A program made the position numbers and the translations under genes. From contig NC_083409.1 of assembly GCF_020745735.1 (NCBI RefSeq), positions 11,286,820 through 11,335,620 on the forward strand: 48,801 nt of DNA, given 5' to 3'. Within the stretch, counting starts at the first letter, position 1. Each line of letters begins with the position of its first letter. Source of the DNA: Hemiscyllium ocellatum. Taxonomy: Eukaryota. Under the pieces are notes generated by a model that saw only the letters and a list, made by a program, of their open reading frames with translations, was not told where the DNA came from and ran no database searches. Shown here piece by piece: positions 48,396-48,801 of this stretch.

Positions 48396-48728
48396 CGCGC
48401 TTATATAAGAAAAATAACCTTCCCAGGTAACCTAGCGCGACACCAGCTTCCGGGTCTGCTAGGCGCTTAAAAAAAAAACTATAAATTTTAACTGTTAAAA
48501 AACACTAACTGGACTATACCCGCGACTTCAAAAAACGCCACCAGACAGCCGTTACTGCTCCGCGAGAGAGTCTAAAGTTAAAGGCACAGTCACAAGGGTC
48601 TAAGTAATAGTGAGCTAAATGGGAATGGGACGAGAGGTTAGAATGTTTAAAACAGAAGAACCTATCAGTTATTTCATAATTCTCAACAATGTACATTTAT
48701 TTATAAAAGAAAATACACGATGAAAAGG

Positions 48729-48747
48729 TGCCAACAGGGGGGCAGAG
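48729..48747 (+). promoter_or_regulatory. CTCF-motif match
   Basis: tgCCAACAGGGGGCAGagc resembles CCACCAGGGGGCGC. Motif only. Confidence 0.5.
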
Positions 48748-48801
48748 CTAAAGGAATTGTGGGTGACAGCAAATTGAAAGAAAAGATATACAAAACTGCA
48801 A

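Overview
Repeat-rich vertebrate genomic DNA, inferred to be from a cartilaginous fish (shark) because of HE1-type V-SINEs, HER1/CR1-type LINEs and a shark-type Ig light-chain C exon. No V-J-C cluster is intact. Main contents: (1) a kappa/NS4-like Ig light-chain constant exon at 2354-2660 (+) that has lost its second domain Cys and is frameshifted; (2) an inverted segmental duplication (~8815-10590 vs ~19369-21900), each arm carrying a decayed V-segment-like relic ending in a 12-spacer RSS-like signal; (3) a CEP350 copy (+, 31610 to beyond 44683) with a duplicated first coding exon, one small exon not found, and an exon-phase-compatible internal gap of about a thousand codons, leaving seven exons (1064 nt) in one stop-free frame; (4) an endogenous retrovirus remnant (env plus 3' LTR, minus strand) with no gag/pol seen; (5) Penelope-like elements with inverted pseudo-LTRs, target-site duplications and hammerhead ribozyme cores, plus CR1, L1/Tx1, SINE and MITE insertions. 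Homology calls rely on recalled family motifs; no database search was run.
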